From NCBI RefSeq assembly GCF_009914755.1, contig NC_060935.1: 64,000 nucleotides of DNA, one strand, 5' to 3'. Source of the stretch: the human T2T-CHM13v2.0 reference genome, Homo sapiens. Positions 1 to 10,790 of the stretch are shown here, in pieces; position 1 is the stretch's first letter; the number at the start of each line of letters is the position of its first letter. The notes beneath the pieces are model-generated. The model was not told the origin of the DNA, searched no databases, and worked only from the letters and a program-made list of their open reading frames with translations. A program made the position numbers and the translations under genes.

Positions 1-214
1 GGCCTCCCTGGGCCAGAGGAGTGGGTTCCCAGCAGAAGAAACACCTCATGCACTAGGGGGACAGGAAATAGAGCATCCCACCTGCCCACCCTCATGGCTG
101 TCCAGACACAGCTCGCTTTGGTCTCCTGGACCTGAGAGAAGCACGCATGCATGTCTCCCTCCACTTTTGCTGTGGCTCTCGTGGTAGATGAACACCCTTC
201 CCCTCTGTTTCAAG

Positions 215-331
215 GGCTGGGAGAAGGGGGTTGTATTCATCAATGGCCAGAACCTTGGACGTTACTGGAACATTGGACCCCAGAAGACGCTTTACCTCCC
301 AGGTCCCTGGTTGAGCAGCGGAATCAACCAG
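215..331 (+). CDS. GLB1L2: GLB1L2 penultimate coding exon ([39 protein letters not shown])
   Basis: Acceptor ttcaag| at 213-214 and donor CAG|gtggga at 332; 117 nt, phase 0/0. Peptide has the GH35 beta-galactosidase C-terminal motif KG.V.ING.NLGRYW..GPQ.TLY.P. Confidence 0.93.
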
Positions 332-584
332 GTGGGAGCTTCCAGCCCCTTCCTGTTCCCCATGACGCCCTGCCCACCTGCCGTCCCAGGGAGCCTTCGG
401 TCAGGGTGGAGGGGCGTGTCAGCGGGTTCTTCCTCCCTCCTCCTCGCTGCAGACGAGTTGTTGGTCCCTGTCCCTTCCAGCCTGGTTCCCAAACCCTTTC
501 CTTCTGACCCTGCCACCTCTCAGCACCTCCCCTGGCTCCAGGACAGACGTCAGCTGCCCTCCCAGCCGGGCCCTCTCTCCACAG

Positions 585-671
585 GTCATCGTTTTTGAGG
601 AGACGATGGCGGGCCCTGCATTACAGTTCACGGAAACCCCCCACCTGGGCAGGAACCAGTACATTAAGTGA
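585..671 (+). CDS. GLB1L2: GLB1L2 last coding exon ([28 protein letters not shown])
   Basis: Polypyrimidine tract plus acag| acceptor at 583-584; continues the previous exon in frame (NQ|VIVFE, typical of GH35); TGA at 669-671. Confidence 0.92.
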   Translation, partial: VIVFEETMAGPALQFTETPHLGRNQYIK

Positions 672-1353
672 GCGGTGGCACCCCCTCCTGCTGGTGCCAG
701 TGGGAGACTGCCGCCTCCTCTTGACCTGAAGCCTGGTGGCTGCTGCCCCACCCCTCACTGCAAAAGCATCTCCTTAAGTAGCAACCTCAGGGACTGGGGG
801 CTACAGTCTGCCCCTGTCTCAGCTCAAAACCCTAAGCCTGCAGGGAAAGGTGGGATGGCTCTGGGCCTGGCTTTGTTGATGATGGCTTTCCTACAGCCCT
901 GCTCTTGTGCCGAGGCTGTCGGGCTGTCTCTAGGGTGGGAGCAGCTAATCAGATCGCCCAGCCTTTGGCCCTCAGAAAAAGTGCTGAAACGTGCCCTTGC
1001 ACTGGACGTCACAGCCCTGCGAGCATCTGCTGGACTCAGGCGTGCTCTTTGCTGGTTCCTGGGAGGCTTGGCCACATCCCTCATGGCCCCATTTTATCCC
1101 CGAAATCCTGGGTGTGTCACCAGTGTAGAGGGTGGGGAAGGGGTGTCTCACCTGAGCTGACTTTGTTCTTCCTTCACAACCTTCTGAGCCTTCTTTGGGA
1201 TTCTGGAAGGAACTCGGCGTGAGAAACATGTGACTTCCCCTTTCCCTTCCCACTCGCTGCTTCCCACAGGGTGACAGGCTGGGCTGGAGAAACAGAAATC
1301 CTCACCCTGCGTCTTCCCAAGTTAGCAGGTGTCTCTGGTGTTCAGTGAGGAGG

Positions 1354-1774
1354 ACATGTGAGTCCTGGCAGAAGCCATGGCCCATGTCTGCACATCCAGG
1401 GAGGAGGACAGAAGGCCCAGCTCACATGTGAGTCCTGGCAGAAGCCATGGCCCATGTCTGCACATCCAGGGAGGAGGACAGAAGGCCCAGCTCACATGTG
1501 AGTCCTGGCAGAAGCCATGGCCCATGTCTGCACATCCAGGGAGGAGGACAGAAGGCCCAGCTCACATGTGAGTCCTGGCAGAAGCCATGGCCCATGTCTG
1601 CACATCCAGGGAGGAGGACAGAAGGCCCAGCTCACATGTGAGTCCTGGCAGAAGCCATGGCCCATGTCTGCACATCCAGGGAGGAGGACAGAAGGCCCAG
1701 CTCACATGTGAGTCCTGGCAGAAGCCATGGCCCATGTCTGCACATCCAGGGAGGAGGACAGAAGGCCCAGCTCA
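1354..1774. repeat. 70-bp minisatellite, 6 essentially identical copies
   Basis: Unit (ctc)acatgtgagtcctggcagaagccatggcccatgtctgcacatccagggaggaggacagaaggcccag. Identical ORF starts at 1377, 1447, 1517, 1587, 1657 and 1727 confirm the period. Confidence 0.98.
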
Positions 1775-1912
1775 GTGGCCCCCGCCCCCCACCCCCCACG
1801 CCCGAACAGCAGGGGCAGAGCAGCCCTCCTTCGAAGTGTGTCCAAGTCCGCATTTGAGCCTTGTTCTGGGGCCCAGCCCAACACCTGGCTTGGGCTCACT
1901 GTCCTGAGTTGC

Positions 1913-1918
1913 AGTAAA
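1913..1918 (+). terminator. Variant poly(A) signal AGTAAA for GLB1L2
   Basis: First recognisable hexamer after the stop; followed by a CA site and GT-rich sequence (ctctggtgatagtctctggtcatgtgtg). Confidence 0.6.
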
Positions 1919-3189
1919 GCTATAACCTTGAATCACACCCCCTCTGGTGATAGTCTCTGGTCATGTGTGCCACTCTTGCCAGAAGGGAAGGCTGTCTGAG
2001 AGCTTGGTTTTCTTGGTCAGGTTCCCATTGGGCCCCACTTGCCGCCTGGGGGTCCAGATGGGGACCGTCCCTGGGGTGGGTGGGCCATGATCCTGGCCTC
2101 ATATTCCCCTCCTGACCCCGACTTCCCTTCAAATGTCTCTGGATTGGAAGTGCCCTGGAGAGGACAGTTCAAATGCAAATTCATTCTCATGCTGGTGGGC
2201 GGGGGTAAGAATCTGCCAGGCAGTCAAGGGCGCTCCATATGAGTTAACTGCGGGGTTGAGTTTTGCTTCACAAACTACATCTGGCATCTACTGCCAAAAC
2301 CAAATTATCTCCAGTAAGAGTCAGAAAGTCAAGTAGCACACACATCCCCGGCACAGCGAGAGCTCTGGGAGCCCCGTGAAGGTGGGCTGGGGGATGGTGA
2401 GCCGTGGAGCTCACTGAGGCCAGCAGGCTTGCTGCCCGTGTGTGGCTGCCCAGGGGGAGTGCAGGGGACATTCGTGGTGTGCAGCCCAGCAGCTGAGCCG
2501 GGTCAAGGGCTTATTAAATGGAGCTTATTAAAGGAAAGCTTGTGGACAGTGGCTTGGGAACAACATGGGGCAGAGTCCCTGGTTTTGCCCAAACTCACCA
2601 GTTCTTCTGGAACTGCCTCGGAACGACAAGCATGGGGCTAAGATGTGGATGAGACTCGGGCTACTTGGGTGTGGCCTGAGCCACCTGCAGGGTCTTCTGC
2701 CCCGCTTTACCTGAGTGTGTGCTTCTGCAGAGCTGTGTATGAGCTGGTTCCGTCAGAAAGTGATGGAATGGAAGGGAACCTTCCTGCAAATCCTCCTGTA
2801 AGGTGGAGAAGCCCCTTGGATCACACTTCCACGCAGACCTGAGCAGGACACACTGTGGTTTCCTAAGGTGAGGTCTTCCTACACCAGCTTCTTATTCTCA
2901 CCCTTATTTTCTGCCAGTTAATTGCTCAGCTTCTCTATCAAAGTACCTCTTGGCAGAGCTTATTCTCCAGCGTTGACTAAAGATGTTTCCATTATCTTCC
3001 ACACGGTATGGCCTCATCTAGGTCTCTTTGGAGAATCCCTCTTCATATCCAGCCTCTGAATGCTGGGGGTCTCTGGCCCACTCCTTGGGCTGTTTCTTTC
3101 CTCTGTCCACACTCACTGCATAGGGTCTCACCCGTGCACCTGTGGTTTGTAAACAGGTTGGACACCCGCGCCCGCCGATGCTGGGCTGC

Positions 3190-4090
3190 ACCTGAGCTCC
3201 AGGTGTGTGGGGGCGCATTTTCTTCTGCATGTGTCTAACAGGCACCTGACACAGAGCTCCATTTCCCCACATTACCCCTCCTGCACGCAGCCCTGTATCT
3301 GGAAATGGCAGTGCTGTTCTGTGTCTCGGGCTATTTTGGACCCCTCTCTTTATCTCCCACATCCAATCCAGCAGCAGATCCTCCTGGCTCTGCCTCCTAA
3401 ACTTGGCCAAAATTTGACTGCTTCTCTCTGCCCCAACCCCATGCCCCCACTCAGCCCACTGCATCTTGGCCTGGATGATTCCAGGAGCCACGTCTCCACC
3501 TGCCCTTGCCCTCTCCATTTATCCTCCGTGGAGGAGCAGGGCAGTTCTTCTTAGAGATGGATAGATTATGTTAGTCCTCCGTACTGGACCCCCTATTGCC
3601 TTCTGGTTTCACCCGGTGCCTGGGGACTCCCTTCTCCCACGCCCACCACATCCCTCACTGCTGTTGCCCCCAGCAGCCCCCGCCCCGTCAGTTGAGCCCG
3701 ATGGCCTTCCTGCTGATCTGTAAGCAGGCTGAGCAACGCTTGTTCCGCCTGGTGGAGAGTTCGTTCTTCTTGGACCCGGGGAGCTGCATGTCAGGGTGTT
3801 GCTGCTTCGCTCAAGGGTCACTTATCACGGAGGCCTCTGTGGTCACCCTACAGAGCACTGACCCTCTCCACTGCTACCTCTGTCTCCCCGACTCACCCTC
3901 ATCCTCCATACAACAGATTGCATCTGAAATAATATGCATTCGTTATTGCCTGTCTCCTCTCGTCAGTGGGTCAGTTCTTTGAAAATGAGAGCCTTGTTTT
4001 CTCACTGCTGTGTGTCGGCTCCTAGAATGATGCCTGTTCATAACAGGCACCTGATACATACTTGTTGGGTAGCTAAATTAATAAATGAGA
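3190..4090 (+). mobile_element. Old L2 LINE 3' fragment(s)
   Basis: L2-like text (catccaatcc...ctctgcctcctaaac...; cctagaatgatgcctg...acatacttgttgggtag...aataaatga terminus). Confidence 0.65.
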
Positions 4091-4119
4091 ACAAAATAAG
4101 GCAGGGCTGAAGAGGATTA

Positions 4120-6360
4120 GGACTGTTAAAAACTGTATTTGACTTTTAATTTTGAAAGCAAATTAAATACAGTTAAATTAAAACAGACCAGATGCAGCTG
4201 CCTGGGTGCCACCCTCACCCCAGCCTCTGTTCTTAGAACTCCTAGCCCCTGGCCTCACTCCTGTGTGGTGGGGCTTGCCAGCGAGGGAGCAGGGAACAGA
4301 CTGGGTTTGGAAAACAGTGGTCATCATGGACCCATTTCTGATTTATAACAAACTCATTCCCAATAAAGATGAAGGCTGCAGTCCACCAGGGTTATAATTA
4401 TAAATAAATATACATGCAGCTAAAAGAGGATATTAGGTGAAAACAACTGACCTAGCATCTGCCCAAAGAAGTCCCCATTTTGTTGTTCATTATCAAAGTC
4501 CTGAAAATGAACCCTAGGTTTTTGGCTAAGAAGGTGGCCTCAGACCAGCCAAGCTGACCTTGGCACTTGGCTGGCTTCTGTGAGGCAGTAGAGTGCCCAC
4601 ACATAAGCTCACCACCTGTGCCCACCTCCTCCCTTCTCTCCCATGCCACCCCACTTGCTTCCAAGGGCTTGGTTTCCAAAGTGACATCCAGGGTGTAAGA
4701 GGTTGGGGAAAACGTCCTGCAAGGTGGCTCAGGGATCTGATTCCATCAGATGGTCTCATGAATACTGTGGGAGATTAAATCCATCTCAAAATAGGCAACC
4801 AATGCTATATTCTGAATGTTAGGTCTCTGGACTGAGTCCCACCCACCCACCCACTCAGGAGTGGGTTCTGAATGGCCCTCAGACCTCTCCTGGTGAGTCT
4901 TAATGGGGTGGGAGGCTGTTAGTTAAAAAATAAACACCTCTTCAGTAGGCTGGGGCCCTTTCCTTTTCCTCCACTTGGGGGGAAAATTGTGCTTCCAACT
5001 TGCAGGAGAATGAGCCGGATCACCACTAGAGAGCCCGGCTGGGCCAGGGGGTCAGAGCCCTTTCCAGTGGGCCCCAGAGGCCTGGGGAGGGCAGGAGTTT
5101 GAGGCACACTGTTCTTTCTCCAGGATGGAAAGTGGACAGCTGGACATGAGGTGGGCTAGCTCTGCATGCTCCTGACTTAGGGAGAAATAACATTTTCTTT
5201 CCCTTTTTTGTGTTTAGAATAATTTCCAAAGCAGTGTGCTCAGGCCTCCCTCCTGCTCAGTGTCCCAGCAGCCCCTGCCCCCTCTTTCCCAGCCCCTCTG
5301 CTACTCCAGAGTCCCTCCTCCTCAGACCAGGGGCAGGAGGGAGTTAGGGAATGGCCTTGGCCTCCCTCCTCTTTCCAGGCTGCAGGAGGTCCCACCTTGC
5401 CCACCACCCACCGCCTTGCCCACTGCCCACCATGGGCTCACTCCACCCTGAGGTCTGTGGCTCTGAAGAGCTGCAGGAAAAGGCGCTTTCCCTCCCCAGT
5501 CCAGTCCAGGCGAGGGGCCTAGCAGCCGAGGTGGGCGGTGGGGAGGCAGTGTGTGGACAGTGGGGCCGTGGGGTTCTTAGTCCAGGTCAGGCAGTGACCT
5601 GTGCTGGCTCTAGAGCCTACCCCTTTGCCACTGCTGGAGGAGAAGGGGTAAAGGAAGAGGGGCCGGAGGGGGGGACTCTGCTCCCGCCACAGCCTGAGGT
5701 ACAGGGGGTGCCTATTAGGCCCAGGCTCCCCCCATGCAGGGCTGGGTGCCTGTTGGGATCCAAGACAGCCTTATGCTCTGTAAACGTGAACCAGAGGAGA
5801 GCCACAGAGGTATGTCTGATTTGGGGGCAGCTCTCGGGAAGAGCAGGGGCCCAGGAGAGGAGCAGAGCGCTCGTGATGCCCGTGGGCTGCTCTCTGGTCT
5901 TCAGAATTCCCTGGCTGGGTGTCCTGTGTGGTCGTGCTGAGCCCAGGGACAGGGAGCCAGGGAGGGCCATGCTCCACTTGACTGCGGGGTCTTCTTATCT
6001 CCCTCCCGCCCTGCATCACTGCAGGGCCAGTGTGGGCGCCCACTGCACCTGCTCCTGCAGCCCCGTCAGTGCGGGGAGCTCTGGGGAGGTGCGCTGGAGC
6101 ACCAGCTTGGCTGGTGCTGGACACCCCACCCTGGCCATCAGGTCTCTCGGGCCCTGGTCACGCTGGATGGAGAGAACAACAGGTCTGGGATTTCTGTGCT
6201 TAAATTCTCTGTCCTTTGTTCTGGCATCAGGCTGGGCTCTCTCAGAAGCCCCCAGAATAGAAAGGAGGGTGATGGTGATTCCTTAGGAGTCGGCCTTGGA
6301 GGGACCATCAGCCGTGGGGAGAGGATGGAAGGCCAAGAACAGGGTCTGAGGAGGAGGCTC
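4120..6360 (-). other. B3GAT1: B3GAT1 terminal non-coding exon (3' UTR)
   Basis: Minus-strand acceptor cctcctctcccctcacag|GAGCCTCC at 6361/6360; ATTAAA on the minus strand at 4145-4150. The 3' end is approximate. Confidence 0.8.
4145..4150 (-). terminator. B3GAT1 poly(A) signal ATTAAA
   Basis: Plus-strand tttaat at 4145-4150, within an AU-rich end of the UTR. Confidence 0.65.
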
Positions 6361-6974
6361 CTGTGAGGGGAGAGGAGGAATGAGTGAGGTGTCGGCTGAG
6401 GGTGGGGCCGGGGAGGGAATGGCCAGGCAGGGCCACCAGGACCTCTGCAAAGCCCAGGCCCCCAGGTCCTGTGGGGGCCTTTCTGAGGGGCAGGTGGGGA
6501 AGGTGCTTCCAGTGAGGGCAGTGAGGGCAGGAGGCAGAAGTGAGGCTCGGTACAGATGCATTCTAAGTGGCGCTGGCCAAGGTGACTGAGTGACACCCTG
6601 TGGTCCTCTGCGGGCAAACACAATACAGAAGCTATTGCTTAGCTCCAGGGCAAGAGGACAAATGTCTGTCTCAGGCCTCAACCTCTGTTTGGCATAACCT
6701 AGAGTAGGGAGTCAGGAGTACCAGCTGCTTTTAAGAGACAGGATAAGATCACAGAAAAGCCCCTGAAAATGCCTGGCTTTGCCAACCACCCAGCACAATT
6801 CACTCGTGCCAGTGTGTCACCTTGGAACATTCATTTAGCTTCTCTCAACATCATTTCTTTGCTTCTGAAGTGTAGGTGGATCCTGTGGCCTACTTCCAGA
6901 GAGGGCTTTAAAGACTTGAATAAAAATAGCCACACTGATGAGATTTAAGTGCCATGAACTGTTCTAGGTGCTCT

Positions 6975-7040
6975 CAGCAACCTACTTCACAGATGAAGAA
7001 ACTGAGGCCCAGAAAAGTCAAGTCAGGTCAAACAGTGAAG
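6975..7040 (-). mobile_element. MIR fragment
   Basis: acagatgaagaaactgaggcccaga is the MIR core, reverse orientation. Confidence 0.65.
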
Positions 7041-7550
7041 AGCAGGGGTCCTGGGAGCTGAGGTGGGCTCTGGGTCCGTGCTGTCACTCTGCGCTACCTC
7101 TCACTATGACAGCCGTGGGCTCATTGCTGTGGAGCAGCGAGTCCGTGAGTCCTCACCATGGCCACGTGGTGAAGGAATCCACAGGGGAAGAGGCAGACTT
7201 GGGGGGACAGACGCTGGCCAGCGAGAGTCTGAATGGCAGTGCCTTGTGGGGTGCAGGCGTCACTGCCAGCAGAAAAATCAGCAAGATGTTTGGAAGGTGA
7301 CACCCTCTGAAGAGTCTGGTGGCAGAAGGACCCAGCTGCGTGGGTGAAAGTTAATGCCTGGATACTTTCAGGTGGCCCAGTGGGAAGGGGACTGTGGTGA
7401 CGACGCCCTCCACTCCTGCCCACATCTGCCCTGTCCTCCACAGTGAAAGCCCAAGAGGAAAAGAATGAGACAGTTGATTCGGCCCAACCTGGTGCCGCCC
7501 TGCCCAGTGTGTGGCCCACCCTCGTCATGCCCATACCTGCATCCTGAGGC

Positions 7551-7637
7551 TCAGATCTCCACCGAGGGGTCAGTGAAGCCCTTCTTGCCCTCATTCACCA
7601 GCACTGGCTTCTCTGTCCGTGTGTGCCACACCAGGAT
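7551..7637 (-). CDS. B3GAT1: B3GAT1 last coding exon (ILVWHTRTEKPVLVNEGKKGFTDPSVEI*); the exon continues 14 nt to a donor at 7537
   Basis: Acceptor cacag|ATC at 7637; TGA at 7553-7551; donor CAG|gtatgg at 7536. Contains the GT43 VWHTRTE motif. Confidence 0.97.
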   Translation of the reverse strand: MLVWHTRTEKPVLVNEGKKGFTDPSVEI

Positions 7638-7920
7638 CTGTGTGCCCAGAGATGCAAAACATGGTGGGACAGGCCCCTGACCTCACTCTGCTGCCTCCCT
7701 GCTCCCTCCCACACTGTGTAAACATTTCTCCTGCCCCTCCTTTTCCTTCGAGAGTTTTTCAATTGTTCCATCAAGATTTTCTCAATTGTTTTTTATTTAT
7801 TTTCTGTGGCTCTCGACTACCCCCTCATTTTTGCTGTTTTTACATGTGATGCCTTCGGAATACCTGCTGGAAATGGGAAGTCTAGAACTACAGAAAAGAG
7901 AAGCCCCAAGACTTCCCAAG

Positions 7921-8070
7921 TGTGTGTGTGTGCATACGTATGCATGTTCATGTGCATATGTGTATATGTGCATGTCTGTGCATGTTCACCTGCATATATG
8001 TGTGCATGTGTGTGCATCTGCATGTGTGTGTGCGCACATGTGTGCACGCGTAGGCATGTGTGTGTGCATG
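7921..8070. repeat. Degenerate (TG)/(TGCA)n low-complexity microsatellite in a B3GAT1 intron
   Basis: tgtgtgtgtgtgcatacgtatgcatgttcatgtgcatatgtg... run. Confidence 0.9.
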
Positions 8071-8322
8071 AGTGCTCAGCAGGGAGGTGCTGGAGCACGG
8101 CTGTTCTGTGGGAGGTTATAACTCCCCAGTGGCCATTGCTCTCCCTTTCCCTGCCTGTCCGCAGTGTCGCTGCCTTACAGGTGATACACTGCCTTCCTGG
8201 GAGGGGGTTCCAGAAAGCCCAGGCTATTTTGAGGCCTCTGTTTCCTTCTCCCGATCTGTAGGGAGGGTCTGGATGTACTTGAGACATTGCATCACAGCTG
8301 TCAGTTCTGCGGAGGGTCTCAC

Positions 8323-8619
8323 CTTGGTGCAGTTGGCTGCCTTGGGCTCCAGGTCGTTGAGGGTGACAAGTTCTCGAAGGAGGCTGCTTTCCTGGTAGCC
8401 TCCCTTCACACCTCGCAGCTTGAAGTAGGCCTGGCTTCGCTGCAGAATGAGCCGCAGGTTGACGGCAAATCCAGCCATGTCTATTGCAAATGGCCGGTGG
8501 GGGTCAAACACCGTCTTCCAGCCGACCACCTTCCCTGCCCCGTTCACCCGTGGGGCCTCGTACCGCAGGCCACCCACGAAGGCGACGGGCCACACGGACA
8601 CCCTCCTGGTGCTGCGCAT
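8323..8619 (-). CDS. B3GAT1: B3GAT1 coding exon (MRSTRRVSVWPVAFVGG...EPKAANCTK)
   Basis: Acceptor ttgtag|ATG and donor AAG|gtgaga; 297 nt, phase 0/0. Contains the GT43 RPFAIDMAGFA and QES motifs. Confidence 0.98.
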
Positions 8620-9870
8620 CTACAAGGGGGGGGTCCAGAGTCAGGGCGCCGGCACTGCAGATGAGGACGGCCGCGCGTGCCCAAGGGAGGCGACATCCTT
8701 CAGCCACCTCTATCTATGCCCATGGCCAGCCGCGGCCACCTAGGGGGTGTCCAGTACAGCCCTGCCCCCAGGACCCATCCCATGGGTTGGGCACCTGAGA
8801 AGAACCTGCCCTGGGCTGCCGGGGACACCTGACCTCTCAGACGGCCTGGTCTTCCCCTTCTCAGCGTGGCCCTGCTGCTGTTTTCTCCCTTGTCTAAAAC
8901 CTTTCAGTCTCCCCGCTCTAGAGTGTGAAGTGACTCCCCTTGTCCCCGAGACTAACACAGCCCATATACTCAGGCGAGCTCCAACTGTTCCACCTAAGAG
9001 GTTTCTGGTAGTCACGCAGAATGACCTACTCACAAACCCATTCAGGAGATACCTCTAGGGCCAGGAATATGGTTTAGGGGCTCCAGAGCCACCTGTCTTC
9101 CCCCTAACTTGTGGGGGATGCTTTAGCCCGCAGTTCCATCCCTTTCCCTGGCTCTCTGCTGCCTGCCCCGCTCCCAGCCCGGCTTCCCGGGTTCCCCCTG
9201 CGCGCGCCTCCGCACCCACACCCCCTTCTCGGGAAGCCCCTCCACTCCCCGCAGCCGGAGGTCCCGCTGCTCACTGTCGGGCCCTCCCTCACCTCTTCGA
9301 AGAGCTCCAGGCTGTAGGTGTTGTCGTCGTCGGCGAAGTAGACCACGCCAGGCTGGCTGGAGTTGCGCGGGAAGGTCTCGCGCAGCCAGCGCAGGGCCAG
9401 GTTGCGCTGCATGGTGCCCCGCGGGATGCGTGGGTCGCGGGCGTCTCCGCGCAGCTTGTAGTTGCGGGGCGTCTCCACGTGCAGGTGCGTGTAGTTGAGG
9501 CCGGTGTCGCGCAGCAGGCGCGCGGTCAGCGGCGTCCGGCGCGGCGCATCCTCCACCACCAGCCAGTGGAGGTTGGGCACGTGCAGCAGCGTGTTGGCCA
9601 TGCGCGTCAGCTCGGCCTTCTGCACCGGGCGGCTGTAGGTGGGCGTCACCACGTGGATGGTGGGCAGCGTGTCGGACCATGGCGGGGGCCGCGTGTACAC
9701 GTACTCGGTGCGCACCACCTCCACGATGTCGCGGTCAGACGTGCAGTACTCCCTGGGGTCGGCGCCGGGCGGCGTTTCGCGTCGGGGGTCACTGCCCTCA
9801 TCTGCGGAGTCGGGAGACCGGCGATGTGGGAGGAGAGCGCCGGCTACGGCCCTGGATTCAGAGCGGGACG
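8400..9870. promoter_or_regulatory. Intragenic CpG-rich region over the B3GAT1 catalytic exons
   Basis: Dense CpG across 8400-8740 and 9130-9870, including intronic flanks. Confidence 0.75.
9293..9801 (-). CDS. B3GAT1: B3GAT1 coding exon (DEGSDPRR...YFADDDNTYSLELFEE)
   Basis: Acceptor cgcag|AT (phase 1) and donor GAG|gtgagg; 509 nt. Contains the VVTPTY, WLVVED and DXD-type ADDDN metal-binding motifs of GT43. Confidence 0.98.
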
Positions 9871-10619
9871 CCACCCACCCTGCCAGGGCACCCTCCTCCT
9901 CCCCCGCTGCAGGGGCTGCTCAGACCCCCGCCTTGCCTGACCTGTTAGCTCTAAGGTTGAAATCTGCAGCCCTGGAATCCTCTCTGGGAGGGTCCTAGCT
10001 CTGATGACACAGACATAACCTCTTCCTTCCCACCTTTGCAGCCCTCTAGCTATTTGAGCGCAGTTGCCCATATTCCAAGATTGCATCCTCAGTTCCTGAA
10101 TGTGCTGACTTTCCTATGAAAAGGCGTCCCGACCCTCCCCTCCCTAGCCCTACTCATCTGGAGGGAGCTGGCCACACTGCCCTGTGCAGGGCTGGGCTAG
10201 CAGAGCACGTGGCACTGCCCCGCTGTGGTGTGGACGCCACAAAGCCCCAGGGCCGCAGCACTGCGGCAGCAACCAGGGCCCACTGTGGGCCCGCAGGAGC
10301 CTGAGGCAGCTCCCGGAGTTCTCAAGCCCTCCAGTCAAGCGGGGCCTCTTCCCTCCTGGCCTTACGTAAGGCATTCTCTGAATCTCGGTGCAGAACTTCC
10401 TATTTCACCGCATTTTATTCTCGTGGGTTTTGCCCATAGTTGCCAAGGTATATGTAGATCTAGCAGTCCTAGCAAGAGGAGAAATCAGGGCCATTGGGAT
10501 TCTTGTTTTCCATGCGTCCCTTCTCTCCAAATTCTGTCCTTCCATCGGAAGGGCTCACGCACCAATGACGGTGTGGCCCTCCTGTCCTAGCTTACCGTCG
10601 GGTGGTAAAGGTAAGAAAT

Positions 10620-10790
10620 CCCGGTGCCTGGGCTGAGACCCTGCCCACTTCTGCCGTTACGAACCCTGTGCCCTTGAGCAAGCTGCTTAGCTTCTGGCGC
10701 CTCAATTTCAGCAACTGTAAAATGGAGCTAATAATAGCATCGAACTTATCGAGTTATTATGTGGATTAATGAGTCCACAAGGGCTGAGAG
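10620..10790 (+). mobile_element. MIR
   Basis: cttgagcaagctgcttagcttc...cctcaatttc...ctgtaaaatggagctaataatag matches the MIR core. Confidence 0.75.

Larger units (their letters stand above)
672..1937 (+). other. GLB1L2: GLB1L2 3' UTR (probable extent)
   Basis: Follows the stop codon; variant poly(A) hexamer AGTAAA at 1913-1918 with CA dinucleotides ~17-20 nt downstream. The end position is inferred. Confidence 0.65.

Noticed and set aside
5351-6286. 311-aa + strand ORF antisense to the B3GAT1 3' UTR
   Set aside because: No recognisable domain; G/A/L/P/C-rich composition typical of stop-poor GC-rich DNA; no promoter or splice support.
9123-9998. Several long overlapping ORFs around B3GAT1 exon 3
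   Set aside because: Shadow frames of a very GC-rich coding exon.
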